In this document: positions 8,594-19,547 of the stretch, one piece after another
Layout: each line of letters opens with the position of its first letter
Position numbering within the stretch: the stretch's first letter is position 1
Assembly: GCA_020348445.1 (NCBI GenBank)
Contig: CP070751.1
Location: 2,753,413 to 2,817,412 of the forward strand
Origin: Thermoplasmata archaeon
GTDB lineage: Archaea > Thermoplasmatota > Thermoplasmata > GCA-020350865
Length of the DNA stretch: 64,000 nucleotides
Direction of reading: 5' to 3'
Notes under the pieces: generated by a model
The model's input: only the letters and a program-made list of their open reading frames with translations
Told to the model about the DNA's origin: nothing
Database searches by the model: none
Translations under genes and position numbers: made by a program

Positions 8594-10477
8594 ATGAATA
8601 AGATGAAGATAACAGTTATTGGAGCAGGAACAATGGGTGCTGGGATTGCCCAGCGCGCATCCCAATCCGGATTTGCAGTTTCTTTGGTGGATGTAAAGGA
8701 CGAGTTTTTGAAAAAGGGATTTGAAGGCATAGAAAAAACCCTGAAAAAAGGAATTGAGCTGGGAAAGGTCACTGAAGAGCAGTCAAAAAGCATCATCGAA
8801 AACATAAAGGGCACCACTGAATTAAAGGAGGGTGCAGCTGATACCAATTTGGTAATCGAGGCCATCTTCGAAGATATGGAGGTAAAGAAAAAATTGTTTA
8901 CCGAGCTAGATGAACTTTGTGACGACAGCGTGATATTTGCATCCAACACATCCTCTCTGAGCATAACAGAACTTGCCAAGGCTACAAAGCGGGAAGACAA
9001 ATTTGGAGGCCTACACTTCTTCTATCCTGCCGCCATAAACAGGCTTGTTGAGGTAATAGCAGGTGAAAAAACGTCATCTGATACAGTTGACAAATTAATG
9101 GACATATCCCAGGCCCTGGGAAAAACACCGATTTTGGCAAAGGACGCACCTGGCTTTGCAGTAAACAGATTCTTTGTGCCCTGGCTAAACGAAGCCTGCA
9201 GGATGCTTGAAGACAATACAGCAAACATACCAACAATTGACAAGGGTGCCAAGGATGCCTTTGGAATTGGTATGGGTCCATTTGAGCTGATGAATGCAAC
9301 AGGCATTCCAATTGCATATCATTCCCAGGAGTCCCTGCACAAGGGATTAGGCGAATTCTACAAACCAAGTGAACGCCTTAAGGTTCAATTTGAATTAAAT
9401 GAAACATGGGATATGACAGGTGAGATAAATGATAGTGCTCTGGGTACTGTTAAAAGACGTTTTTATGGTGTGGTGTTCGGAGTGGCATGCCAGCTTGCAC
9501 AAGAAAAAGTGGCAAGCAAGGAGGATACAGATCGGGGGGCCACAATTGGCCTGAGATGGGCGCAGGGTCCTTTTGCATTGATGAACGAGGTGGGAATTCA
9601 GGAAGCCTATGACATGGTTAACAACATTGCAGAGATATCAAATGGTACATTCAAGGTACCTGACCTTTTAAAGGAACAGGCTGAATCTAAAAAGCCCTGG
9701 GATCTTAAGACAGTTCGTGTGACAAAGGAGAACAAAACCGCGATTATCACAATGGACAGACCAGAGGCCCTAAATGCGTTGAACTCCAAGGTACTCTCCG
9801 ATTTAAGGGATATAATAAAACAGATCCAAAAGGATGAAGAAATCACAACTGTAATAATTACAGGCTCGGGTAAAGCCTTTGTTGCAGGTGCAGACATCAA
9901 GGAGATGATGGAGAAAAGTCCAATTGAAGCCAGGGAGTTCACATATCTGGGTCAGGCCGTACTCAAGGAACTGGAAGATCTGAATAAGCCTGTGATTGCA
10001 GCAGTAAATGGAGTTGCCCTTGGTGGAGGCTGTGAACTAGCACTTGCATGCGACATAATCCTAGCCTCTGAAAAAGCGAGGCTGGGATTTCCCGAGGTGG
10101 GTTTGGGAATACATCCAGGTTTTGGAGGAACACAGCGACTGCCAAGACTTGTGGGAAGGGCCAAGGCAAAGGAACTGATCTTCACCGCCGATATCTTGGA
10201 CGCAAAGGAGGCGGAGCGAATAGGACTTGTTAACAGGGTGGTTGCACCTGATAAGCTTCTTGAGGAGGCAAGGGGGATTGCAAACAAGATATCAAGACAG
10301 GCACCTATTGCGATTCGTCTGGCAAAATCCGCAATAAACAAAGGATGTGAAATGGATTTGGATACAGGATTGGCGTATGAGGTTGAATCTGTATCCATGG
10401 CCTTCTCCACAAAGGACAGCAAGGAGGGTATGTCTGCCTTTACAAAAAGAAGAAAACCAGAATTTGAAGGGAAATAA
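8594..10477 (+). CDS. 3-hydroxyacyl-CoA dehydrogenase / enoyl-CoA hydratase fusion
   Basis: VIGAGTMGAGIA Rossmann motif, ASNTSSL, GLHFF, then crotonase motifs AFVAGADI, ALGGGCELALACD, PEVGLG; SD GGGGGAG before ATG 8594 (track start 8456 is over-extended). Confidence 0.93.
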   Translation: MNKMKITVIGAGTMGAGIAQRASQSGFAVSLVDVKDEFLKKGFEGIEKTLKKGIELGKVTEEQSKSIIENIKGTTELKEGAADTNLVIEAIFEDMEVKKKLFTELDELCDDSVIFASNTSSLSITELAKATKREDKFGGLHFFYPAAINRLVEVIAGEKTSSDTVDKLMDISQALGKTPILAKDAPGFAVNRFFVPWLNEACRMLEDNTANIPTIDKGAKDAFGIGMGPFELMNATGIPIAYHSQESLHKGLGEFYKPSERLKVQFELNETWDMTGEINDSALGTVKRRFYGVVFGVACQLAQEKVASKEDTDRGATIGLRWAQGPFALMNEVGIQEAYDMVNNIAEISNGTFKVPDLLKEQAESKKPWDLKTVRVTKENKTAIITMDRPEALNALNSKVLSDLRDIIKQIQKDEEITTVIITGSGKAFVAGADIKEMMEKSPIEAREFTYLGQAVLKELEDLNKPVIAAVNGVALGGGCELALACDIILASEKARLGFPEVGLGIHPGFGGTQRLPRLVGRAKAKELIFTADILDAKEAERIGLVNRVVAPDKLLEEARGIANKISRQAPIAIRLAKSAINKGCEMDLDTGLAYEVESVSMAFSTKDSKEGMSAFTKRRKPEFEGK

Positions 10478-10492
10478 GAGGAGGTATGATAT

Positions 10493-10969
10493 TTGGTAAA
10501 AATACTTGTTTGTTATTATTCGAGAAGTGGGAACACAAAGAGTATGGCCGAGTTCATTGCACAAGGGGCGCAAAGGGAAGGTGCAGAAGTTGACTTAAAG
10601 GAAGTCGAGAAAGTAGGGGCCGATGAACTTTTGGGATACGATGGTATCATATTTGGCTCACCAACGTACTACGGTACGTGTGCAGCTCCGATTAAGGAGT
10701 TGATCGATGAGAGCGTCAAGCTTCATGGAGAACTAAATGGTAAAGTGGGAGGAGCCTTCTCATCCAGTGCAAACGTGGCAGGTGGAAACGAGACAACAAT
10801 AATCAACATCCTTCAGATGCTCATGATTCACGGGATGATAGTCAAGGGCGATCCCAGGGGTAGTCACTATGGACCCGTGTCCGTGGGCATACCTGATGAA
10901 AATGTCATAGAGGAGTGCAAAGCCTACGGCAGGAACATAGCGAGCTTGACCAAGAAATTATTTGGGTGA
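10493..10969 (+). CDS. wrbA: WrbA-family flavodoxin-like NAD(P)H:quinone oxidoreductase
   Basis: YYSRSGNT FMN loop, IIFGSPTYYG, GGNETT; TTG start after a GAGGAGGT SD. Confidence 0.85.
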   Translation: MVKILVCYYSRSGNTKSMAEFIAQGAQREGAEVDLKEVEKVGADELLGYDGIIFGSPTYYGTCAAPIKELIDESVKLHGELNGKVGGAFSSSANVAGGNETTIINILQMLMIHGMIVKGDPRGSHYGPVSVGIPDENVIEECKAYGRNIASLTKKLFG

Positions 10970-10973
10970 AAGT

Positions 10974-11495
10974 ATGTTTGAAAAAAGGGACTACCGTGTT
11001 TATCAGGGTGTGGATAGAGAGCAAATCTACCAGCAGGTTTGTGATTTCTGGACAAGGCAGGGCTTCTATGTTGCTCAGATTTCACCTTTTCATATTCAGG
11101 GGCACAGCTATCATCAAAAAATTGGATTGCGAAGGGAGTTTTTTCTGAGGATGAACGAACATGATGGTAACACCTACATAGACCTCCAACTGCAGGCAAG
11201 GATATCTGATGAGGGTCTCATCGGTGGAGCTGCAGCAGCCATTATATTTTGGCCTGTTGCTGTTGTGGGTGGAGCATTGTCATATTCAGAATATGAAAAC
11301 GATGCCAACAATCTCATGATAAACTTTTGGGGCTTTGTAGATCAAATTACGAATATTAGAGGCACAATGTCCCAGGCACCCCAAGTTCCTTCCCCCCAAC
11401 CTCAGCCTCAGGATACTATTCCATGTCAGGGATGTGGGGCAATACTGCTTAAAAATTGGAAGGCATGCCCATACTGCGGTGATGCTTTGGAATAA
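10974..11495 (+). CDS. Hypothetical protein with hydrophobic glycine-rich segment and C-terminal zinc ribbon
   Basis: GGAAAAIIFWPVAVVGG; P/Q linker; CQGCG..CPYCG; SD GGGTGA. Confidence 0.7.
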   Translation: MFEKRDYRVYQGVDREQIYQQVCDFWTRQGFYVAQISPFHIQGHSYHQKIGLRREFFLRMNEHDGNTYIDLQLQARISDEGLIGGAAAAIIFWPVAVVGGALSYSEYENDANNLMINFWGFVDQITNIRGTMSQAPQVPSPQPQPQDTIPCQGCGAILLKNWKACPYCGDALE

Positions 11496-11541
11496 AATAG
11501 AGTATTAAAAGTATGGTCTATATATGATGTCTTGTTGAATA

Positions 11542-12150
11542 TCATGAATGTTTTTTAGCCTCTGTAATTCCAAGCTCGAAGGCTTTTATGTTCTCATCTA
11601 CATACTTAATAGGCACATTCTGTTTGATCGTTTCTTTAATAGTCTCATAAGATACAGGAAAATCTGGACATGCACCCAAGATTGCCCCGAGCATGATCAT
11701 GTTACTTACAATATTAGGCAATCCAGAATCTAACGTAATTTTCTCAGCATCGAGTTTAATAAGTTTTTTAGGGTAGGCTGATAGAATGGACAATAAATCT
11801 TCTAAATTGGGGTATTCCTCATCACCAGAAGTCACAGTAAATGGATACACAGGATTTGTGCTGGTAACTACAGTGGTATTCTTTGAGGCCATATTTAGAT
11901 GACGATATGTTTCCACAGGTTCCATACCTAAAATGATATCAGCCTCCCCTTCTCCGATCATGGGACTGTGGACATCACCTATGCGAATTGTGGACATAAC
12001 CTGCCCTCCCCTTTGGGCCATGCCATGAATCTCGCTTTCCATGACATTCAAATTCGAGTCCAGTGCAGTTTCACCGAGGATCCTCGTGAGTAAAATTATG
12101 CCTTGACCGCCCACACCCACGATCACCAAGTTCGTGCATTCCCCGGTCAT
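11542..12150 (-). CDS. iorB: Indolepyruvate:ferredoxin oxidoreductase beta subunit
   Basis: GVGGQGIIL, SEIHGMAQRGGQV, NMIMLGA; 4-nt overlap with iorA. Confidence 0.95.
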   Translation of the reverse strand: MTGECTNLVIVGVGGQGIILLTRILGETALDSNLNVMESEIHGMAQRGGQVMSTIRIGDVHSPMIGEGEADIILGMEPVETYRHLNMASKNTTVVTSTNPVYPFTVTSGDEEYPNLEDLLSILSAYPKKLIKLDAEKITLDSGLPNIVSNMIMLGAILGACPDFPVSYETIKETIKQNVPIKYVDENIKAFELGITEAKKHS

Positions 12151-14048
12151 TGCCCCTCCTCCTTTTCAGAAATCAGTTTTATGGAATTCGTGGGACAAAC
12201 TTCTGCACACACCCCACAGCCAACACAGAGATTGGGAGAGATTCTGGGAAAATCATCCTCCCCTTTCCAGGATGCTGGGCATCCGAACTCGGAGGTGCAG
12301 GTATAGCACTTGATGCAAGTTTCATGGTTGACATAATAGGGTACTATTTTTTCCCCTCTTCTTCTCTTTTGTCTTGTTTCTACCAATGCACATGGATGCC
12401 TTGATACTACCACAGAGAGTCCATTGTATGCGATGGCCTCTGAAAAGATGACGAGAGATTTCTTTAGATCGTACGGATCAATTAGAGATACAAAATCGAC
12501 TCCGCAGCCCTTTACAACCTTAAATATATCGACTGCCTTGGCCTTGTCATCATTATCTTTGCGTTCTACACCAGGATGGGGCTGAAAACCTGTCATTGCA
12601 GTTGTGCTGTTATCAAGTATTGTCAAAACAAAATTGTGACCCTGGTGCACTGCATTAATCAAGCCTGGAATCCCAGCATGAAAGAAAGTAGAGTCCCCGA
12701 TAAATGCAATCACATCCTGATCTGTGGCCTTGGAAAATCCACAGGCTGTCCCCACACTTGAGCCCATGCATAAAACTATATCAGCAGTTTTTAGGGGGTG
12801 CTCAAACACCAATGTATAACAGCCTATATCCATGGGATAAATGGTATCCTTTTTTGCCACCTTTTTTATTGCATATGCAGTGGCCCTATGAGGGCATCCA
12901 GGGCATAAGACAGGAGGACGCGAGGGCAGTTGCATTGGATTGATGGGAGCAAGCTCTACTTTAGAATCCTTTAATTGCATCATTGGTAGGTTCTTTTTAA
13001 TCACCTTTACAATTCCCAATTCGACAATATCGGGAGTGTATTCATTTGTCCAAGGAAAATGTCCTGAGTCCTTTCCATATATATGTACCTGGATTTTATT
13101 CTCACCAGCAATTGATTTTATCTCATTTTCCAAATAGGGATCCAACTCCTCAAGAACGATTACATTATCAACACTCTTTAGAAAATCACAACACATCTTC
13201 TTTGGCATTGGATTTGTCATTCCCAATTTCAGAACCTTGGCTTGTACATCCAATTTCTTTAGAACATCCATTGCATAAGCATAGGAAACACCTGATGCTA
13301 TAATTCCGAGCCTTGATTGCTTTTCTTTATTTGAAATGAAGTTGAAGTTAGAGCTTTCACTTACCTCTTGTGCTGATTCCATTTTACATACAAGCAAGAT
13401 ATGGTTTTTTCGAGCAATTTCGGGAACCAGCATAAACCTTGTGTGCTCCTTTTCAAATCGAGATTTCCCTTTCCCCCTTTTTATTTCTCCCAATGTAATT
13501 GGCGCCCTTGTATGGGCAACCCGCGTTGTGGTTCTCAAAAGAATGGGAAGCTTCAGTTCGTGGGATAACTCAAATCCACAAACTATCATGTCCTTTGCCT
13601 CTTGGGGTGAAGAAGGCTCAAGCATGGGTATATTGGCCAGCTTTGCATACCACCTGTTGTCCTGCTCATTTTGGCTTGAATGGGACCCGGGATCGTCTGC
13701 TGAGATTATCACATGAGCACCCCTGACGCCCACGTAAGCAAGGCTCACAAAGGCATCGGAGGCCACGTTGAGACCCACATGCTTCATGAAGGTCAGGGCA
13801 TTCAAGCCTGAGATGGATGCCGCGATCCCTGATTCAAGTGCCACCTTCTCGTTTGCGGAGTATTCAAAATAAAGACCGGCTTTATCTGCGATCTGATAGA
13901 GGATATCGCCTATTTCAGATGAAGGTGTACCTGGATAAGTAGAGGCAAAGTCCACACCTGCTTCCAGGGCTCCTCTTACTATGGCCTCGTTTCCCAAGGC
14001 AAGGACTTTTTTTCCTTCCCCATCCATAATCCCCTTCATTTTATGCAT
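12147..14048 (-). CDS. iorA: Indolepyruvate:ferredoxin oxidoreductase alpha subunit
   Basis: LGNEAIVRGA, YPGTPSSEI, MKHVGLNVA, LCPGCPHR, GDSTFFHAG TPP motif, C-terminal 2x[4Fe-4S] Cys motifs. Confidence 0.95.
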   Translation of the reverse strand: MHKMKGIMDGEGKKVLALGNEAIVRGALEAGVDFASTYPGTPSSEIGDILYQIADKAGLYFEYSANEKVALESGIAASISGLNALTFMKHVGLNVASDAFVSLAYVGVRGAHVIISADDPGSHSSQNEQDNRWYAKLANIPMLEPSSPQEAKDMIVCGFELSHELKLPILLRTTTRVAHTRAPITLGEIKRGKGKSRFEKEHTRFMLVPEIARKNHILLVCKMESAQEVSESSNFNFISNKEKQSRLGIIASGVSYAYAMDVLKKLDVQAKVLKLGMTNPMPKKMCCDFLKSVDNVIVLEELDPYLENEIKSIAGENKIQVHIYGKDSGHFPWTNEYTPDIVELGIVKVIKKNLPMMQLKDSKVELAPINPMQLPSRPPVLCPGCPHRATAYAIKKVAKKDTIYPMDIGCYTLVFEHPLKTADIVLCMGSSVGTACGFSKATDQDVIAFIGDSTFFHAGIPGLINAVHQGHNFVLTILDNSTTAMTGFQPHPGVERKDNDDKAKAVDIFKVVKGCGVDFVSLIDPYDLKKSLVIFSEAIAYNGLSVVVSRHPCALVETRQKRRRGEKIVPYYVNHETCIKCYTCTSEFGCPASWKGEDDFPRISPNLCVGCGVCAEVCPTNSIKLISEKEEGQ

Positions 14049-14101
14049 CCACCGAGGCTAGGTAATGCTTTTGGGTAAATAATATTTAGCTTCTCATTCT
14101 C

Positions 14102-14148
14102 ATGTAAATCATCGCCTCCTGGCCATATTATACTGCGATGATTTACAT
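14102..14148. repeat. Perfect 14-bp inverted repeat with 19-nt spacer in the iorA/taw2 divergent region
   Basis: ATGTAAATCATCGC (14102-14115) / GCGATGATTTACAT (14135-14148). Confidence 0.85.
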
Positions 14149-14342
14149 AAGAGGATTATCGTATTCAATCAATCACCTAGATATATAAACTCACGATTAT
14201 CAGTTAATCCCATTGAAGAGGGTTTATATGTTGAGGATATTCGAGAATGAACGTTTTCCAAGATAGATGAGCCATCACAGATAAGCCTTGTCAAATCAAT
14301 TCAGCCACATGTTTTTATAGAGGATAGTTCATTTGCGACTTT

Positions 14343-15221
14343 GTGTCTAGAATGTCCAACGATAGCAACTTTGGATACAACCGCACAACACCCTTTCAAA
14401 ACATCACAGAAAACTTGGTGATACCCACACATCTTAAGGTCTTCCTACCGAGAAAGTGGGAACTGATAGGTGATGTTCTACTCATGAAGATACCAGTGGA
14501 GTTGGAGCCTTTAAGGGAGGATATCGCCTGTGCATATGCCAAGGAGCTGGGTGCCAAGACCGTACTTCAGGATATGGGAATTACGGGCAATCTAAGGGAG
14601 CCGAAGGTGGAGCTTCTTTGGGGCAGTGAAACTGAGACCATACACAAGGAAAACGGTGTTTCGTTCAAACTCGACTGCGCAAGGCTCATGTTCTCTTCAG
14701 GTAACATAGACGAGAGAATCAGGATGGCTACAATTGCTGAAAAGGATGAGATTGTGGTGGACATGTTCGCGGGAATAGGATTTTTCTCAATTCCAATTGC
14801 AGTCCATTCTAAACCAAGGAAGATTTATGCCTGCGAGCTGAATCCAGCTGCCTATGATTATCTTTGTGAAAGTGTTCAAATAAATGATGTGGGGGACATT
14901 GTAAATCCTGTCCTTGGTGATAATCGGAATTTTCAAAGGGAGGGCATTGCAGATAGGATCGTCATGGGATATCTTGAGGATACACACCTTTTCCTTCCCA
15001 AAGCCCTTTCAATTCTGAAAAAAGAGGGGGGGGTGATACATTACCACGAGAAGTGTCCCAATGAACTACTAAATTCCCGGCCCCTTGAGAATGTGAAAAA
15101 AGAGGTAGTGAAGATAGGGCGGAAGATGGAGCTATTAGAAATGAGAACTGTAAAATCCTATGCTCCTGGAGTTTCACATGTTGTTTTGGATATTAAGATT
15201 GAAAGTAGGATCACTAAATAG
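14343..15221 (+). CDS. taw2: Trm5/Taw2 (Met-10+) family SAM-dependent tRNA modification enzyme, most like wyosine-pathway aminocarboxypropyltransferase Taw2
   Basis: HKENGVSFKLD..MFSSGNIDER, VVDMFAGIGFF, DRIVMGY, IHYHE; start uncertain. Confidence 0.75.
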   Translation: MSRMSNDSNFGYNRTTPFQNITENLVIPTHLKVFLPRKWELIGDVLLMKIPVELEPLREDIACAYAKELGAKTVLQDMGITGNLREPKVELLWGSETETIHKENGVSFKLDCARLMFSSGNIDERIRMATIAEKDEIVVDMFAGIGFFSIPIAVHSKPRKIYACELNPAAYDYLCESVQINDVGDIVNPVLGDNRNFQREGIADRIVMGYLEDTHLFLPKALSILKKEGGVIHYHEKCPNELLNSRPLENVKKEVVKIGRKMELLEMRTVKSYAPGVSHVVLDIKIESRITK

Positions 15222-15279
15222 GTAATTTATGGATGGAGAACCTAGAACTAATTACTTAAAGTTTGAGATAACGAAATGA

Positions 15280-15732
15280 TTACATGCTTTTATTTCGCGA
15301 CCTAGGTGGCTCAGTATTTTGTAATGATTCTTTCCGCTTCTTCTCCTTTTGTTTTTTATAAATAGCGATTTCAATGGACGCCCGAATCTCCTGATCCTGT
15401 ACAGGTTTGACTATGTATCCCGCTGGCTCGCAGATTTTCGCTTTTTCAACGATTTTATCATCTGCAAAGGCAGTCATAAAAATGACAGGTAAATCCAGTT
15501 CGTTTTTTATCTCTGCAGCTGCATCCATACCTGTTTTTTCTCCTGGCATTATTATGTCCATGATAATCAAATCTGGATATAATTCCCTAGCCTTCGTAAG
15601 AGCCTCTTCTGCATTTGATGCAGTTCCCACCACATTATATCCCATGTTCGAGAGGAGTTTCTCCATGTGCATTGTTATTATTTTTTCATCATCAACAAGC
15701 AAAATTCTGATTTTTTCTCCTTTTTGTGGCAT
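15280..15732 (-). CDS. Stand-alone response regulator receiver protein
   Basis: ILLVDDE, PDLIIMDIIM, FMTA, GYIVKP. Confidence 0.92.
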   Translation of the reverse strand: MPQKGEKIRILLVDDEKIITMHMEKLLSNMGYNVVGTASNAEEALTKARELYPDLIIMDIIMPGEKTGMDAAAEIKNELDLPVIFMTAFADDKIVEKAKICEPAGYIVKPVQDQEIRASIEIAIYKKQKEKKRKESLQNTEPPRSRNKSM

Positions 15733-18700
15733 TATTTAACATCCTCCCTTGGTACCTCTATTACGAATTCTGTTCCATCCTTTCTGATTATCTCTATATC
15801 TCCTGAAAGTTGTTCTGTTAAGTTCTTCACAATTTTCAATCCAAGTGTTTCCGATTTATTGATATCGATATCAGGTGATAATCCTATACCATCATCTTTT
15901 ACCACCATTGATATGTTTGGGCCAAGATCCTTGAGAATGATGCATATACTGCCCTGATCTTTGTTTACGAAGGCGTGTTTTAATGCGTTGAAAATAAGCT
16001 CATTGGCGATGAGGGCCATAGGTATGGCTTGGTCTGTGTTTAATTGGATGTCGTCTCCCTCAACACTGTAATTGACTTTCATATCTTTATGCGTTTTAAA
16101 CTTCAAAAGGTCGGTTAACAATTCTTCAATGAAGTTCTTCAGATTCAAGCCACTGATTGTTTGTCCTTCATATGCTCTTGAATAAATGAGGGCAATAGTC
16201 TCTATCACGCTTTGAATCTCTTGAAACTTCTTTACCATAGCATCATCTTTTGCCTGCATGCTTTGCATGCTCACCATGCTGGATAACAGTTGGAGGTTGT
16301 TCTTGACCCGATGTTTCAATTCCTTGAACAGGAGTTCTCTCTCCTTTAGGGAGCGTTTAAGTTCTTTTTCCTGTTTCTTGCGTTCCGTGATATCAGTTAC
16401 TATACCAAGAATCGCGTTCTCCCCCTCGAATTTAATTAATTTAGTCGTACAAATTCCCTCGATTCGTTTACCTTCTTTTGTGATGATGGCATATTCAAGT
16501 GTGCCTACTTCCTCACCCCTCATATGAGCAGCGAAGTTGGACCTTAATTTTTCTTTATACTCAGGTGCAATTAATTTGAGATAGTCAAAATCTGTTGAGT
16601 ATAATTCCTCTCTTTTATATCCCATAATTTCCTCGCATTTCTCATTTGCATATACTATGGGACCCAATTTGTTTATAAAGATCATATTAGGTGATTTTTC
16701 TGCAAGATTCCTGAATTTTTCTTCACTTTCCCGTATCACTTCCTCGACGTTTTTACGATCAGTTATATCATTGAATGTCGTGTACACTTGATATGGCTTG
16801 TCCTCCCCAGGCTTAAATTGCGGTATGGCATTGATATTTATCCAATTATAATCCATCTTTTCTGGATTAAAAATACCCATTATCACATTCCGTACCTCGT
16901 TTCCAGTCCCAAGAGCAACCATTGATGGATGATCCTCTCCTAAAAAATCAGAGCCATCTTCACGTACTGCCTTCCATCGGGGGTCCTTAGATGTCCTACC
17001 TAGCATTTCATCCAATGTCAAACCTAAGATTCTTTCAGCGGCAGGATTAGCTGAAATAATTTTTCCATCTGCCGCTTGATATACAACACCTTGTGCCATA
17101 GTCTCGAATAAAGTTCGATGTTTCTTTTCACTTTCACGAAGTGCTAATACAGCTTGTTTACTGTCCGTAATATCCTCTAATATGGTAGCAAAATAACCTT
17201 TTTCAGGACTATAAGCGGTGATAGAGAACCATTTCCCAGTTTGTTCCAGATACTCCTCAAAACGAATCTCCCCTTCCTGTAAAGCCACGGCAGCAGCCTT
17301 CTCTATCCAACCTGCCGCATCATTTTCGATATCGGGAAATATTTCAGTGACCCGTTTTCCTATGATTTCCTCTCTGCGTAAACCCGTCATTCTCTCAAAA
17401 GCTGGATTCACCTCTAGGAACGAAAAATCTACAGGATTTTTATTTTCATCCAATTCGATTTTATGGTATGTAAAACCGTCGATCATATTGTTGAATAAAG
17501 CATGGTACCGCTTTTTGCTATTACGGAGAGCTTCTTCAGCCTGCTTGCGATCAGTGACATCATGAAGAATGGTCTGTATTGCTGGCTTGTCTTTGTATGA
17601 AAAGGAAGTGGTAAACCCTTCCACATATCGCGATGTTCCATCCATTCGAACTATTCTTGCATCAACAATTGGAGGTTCTTTTTCCCCATTTGCTATTTGA
17701 CGCATTCGTCCCTTTACATTATCTTTACTTTCGGAGTGTACGAAATCGAGAAGAGGTTTACCAATAAGATCCTCTGGATTTTTTACACCAACAAGTTTCG
17801 CTGCTGCGGGATTGACAAAGATAATAATGCCCTCACTGTGTACAACTATGGCATTGGGAATCTGCTCTATGAGCACCCGATACTTTTTCTCGCTCTCCCG
17901 CAATGCCTTTTCGGTCTTTTTTCGCTCAGTTATATCGGAAAGAATCCCCTGCATTCCGATAGTCCCATCTTCCGAATATACTGGTCGACTTGAAGTGAGT
18001 ACCCATCGAATCTCACCAGATTTGGTTAAAATTCTGTACTCATTTGATGAAAGATTGCCTGATAGAATACTCTGGATATTCTTGGTTAAATAAGGTAAAT
18101 CTTCTTCATAAACATATTCTTTAAAAGATCGGCCGATTATATTTGAGGGATTATATCCCAATAAAGCTTCTATTGCAGGACTGACATAGGTTATTTCCCC
18201 ATCTAAATTTACTCTGTAAATGACTTCGTTTATATTTTCTACTAAATCACGAAACTTATCCTCACTTTCCCTCAAAGCCTCCTCAGATATTTTTTGCTCG
18301 GTGATGTCGGTTATGATAAGTCCAAGACCATCGCCCACTTTAAAGCTCTTAACTGCTAAATGAACATCTCCAAATTTTGGATGGGGAACAAGATCCTCAA
18401 CAAATGAGGGATTTCCTGATTTAATAACCTCCATATACTCATTGAGTCTATCAGTGGCCTTTATATATGGCATAATGTCCACGATATTCTTTCCCAGTAT
18501 CTCCTTTCTGGGAATCCCAAAGGTCATCAATGTAGCACTATTTACATCTAAAAGATTCAGTTGTGAATCGAAAAGAGCAAAGCCATCGGTTGCAGATTCC
18601 ATAAATGTCCTTATCTGTTCTTCGCGTATTTGGAGCTGTTTTTCTGCCAACTTTCGCTCGGTTATATCCTGTTGGAAACCAATCATAGAGATAAAATTCC

Positions 18701-19547
18701 CTTTCTTATCCAACATTTTATAAATCAACGCTTGTATGTAAAATAATTCACCATTTTTCTTTTTATTAAGAATTTCTCCTTCCCAATACCCCTTTTCCTC
18801 AAGAGCTTCATAGATCTCCTTTTGCGTCCCTTCTGCGTTTGAATCTGCGTTGAGTATGCCGGGATCCTTTCCTAAAAGTTCTCCTTTCTCATAACCAAAC
18901 ATTTTTTCAGTAGAGGGATTTACATAGTTTATCATATAGTTTTTATCAGTTGTAATAACTGAAAATGGAACACTTCGCATCACTTCTTTGTAGAAAATGT
19001 TTTGAGCCTCTGCGCGCTTTCGCTCAATAACCTCTTTCCTCAAATCCTCATTAGCCTTTTGTAGATCAGCTGTGCGTTCTTTTACACGTTCCTCCAATTC
19101 ATCCCGGGCTTTTCTTAATTCCTCCTCTATTTCTTTTCTTTGGGTGATGTTTCTCGCGATTCCGAAAGCGGCAGAAACCTTTTTCTCGGAATCAAAAATT
19201 GGAGCTGCATTGTTTAGGATATGGATATAAGAACCATCTTTGGTTCTATATCTGTATTCGAGATCATTTACCGTTTTCCCTTCTATTAATAGGGCGAATC
19301 TCTCTTTAACAACCTCGAGATCATCTGGGTGGACCAATTCAAATCCATTTATCTTTTTCATTTCCTCCTCAGAATAGCCTAGGTGTTTCTGAACCGCATT
19401 ATTGGTAAACAGAAAATTTCCCATAAGATCTACAGTAAAAATTATATCGTCAGATGTTTCTACTAAAGTGCGGTATATTTCATCGGACTTTTGAAGAACC
19501 TTTTCTACAGAATCATGTTGGTATTCATTTTTTTTCCTTTCCATCAT
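15732..19547 (-). CDS. Soluble PAS-domain histidine kinase (8 PAS/PAC, HisKA_2/HATPase)
   Basis: Eight D/N-I/V-T-x-R/Q/S-K PAC ends, H-box ELKHRVKNNLQ, NELIFNALKHAF, DDGIG, GLKIV, GTEF; no TM helix seen. Confidence 0.92.
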   Translation of the reverse strand: MMERKKNEYQHDSVEKVLQKSDEIYRTLVETSDDIIFTVDLMGNFLFTNNAVQKHLGYSEEEMKKINGFELVHPDDLEVVKERFALLIEGKTVNDLEYRYRTKDGSYIHILNNAAPIFDSEKKVSAAFGIARNITQRKEIEEELRKARDELEERVKERTADLQKANEDLRKEVIERKRAEAQNIFYKEVMRSVPFSVITTDKNYMINYVNPSTEKMFGYEKGELLGKDPGILNADSNAEGTQKEIYEALEEKGYWEGEILNKKKNGELFYIQALIYKMLDKKGNFISMIGFQQDITERKLAEKQLQIREEQIRTFMESATDGFALFDSQLNLLDVNSATLMTFGIPRKEILGKNIVDIMPYIKATDRLNEYMEVIKSGNPSFVEDLVPHPKFGDVHLAVKSFKVGDGLGLIITDITEQKISEEALRESEDKFRDLVENINEVIYRVNLDGEITYVSPAIEALLGYNPSNIIGRSFKEYVYEEDLPYLTKNIQSILSGNLSSNEYRILTKSGEIRWVLTSSRPVYSEDGTIGMQGILSDITERKKTEKALRESEKKYRVLIEQIPNAIVVHSEGIIIFVNPAAAKLVGVKNPEDLIGKPLLDFVHSESKDNVKGRMRQIANGEKEPPIVDARIVRMDGTSRYVEGFTTSFSYKDKPAIQTILHDVTDRKQAEEALRNSKKRYHALFNNMIDGFTYHKIELDENKNPVDFSFLEVNPAFERMTGLRREEIIGKRVTEIFPDIENDAAGWIEKAAAVALQEGEIRFEEYLEQTGKWFSITAYSPEKGYFATILEDITDSKQAVLALRESEKKHRTLFETMAQGVVYQAADGKIISANPAAERILGLTLDEMLGRTSKDPRWKAVREDGSDFLGEDHPSMVALGTGNEVRNVIMGIFNPEKMDYNWININAIPQFKPGEDKPYQVYTTFNDITDRKNVEEVIRESEEKFRNLAEKSPNMIFINKLGPIVYANEKCEEIMGYKREELYSTDFDYLKLIAPEYKEKLRSNFAAHMRGEEVGTLEYAIITKEGKRIEGICTTKLIKFEGENAILGIVTDITERKKQEKELKRSLKERELLFKELKHRVKNNLQLLSSMVSMQSMQAKDDAMVKKFQEIQSVIETIALIYSRAYEGQTISGLNLKNFIEELLTDLLKFKTHKDMKVNYSVEGDDIQLNTDQAIPMALIANELIFNALKHAFVNKDQGSICIILKDLGPNISMVVKDDGIGLSPDIDINKSETLGLKIVKNLTEQLSGDIEIIRKDGTEFVIEVPREDVK

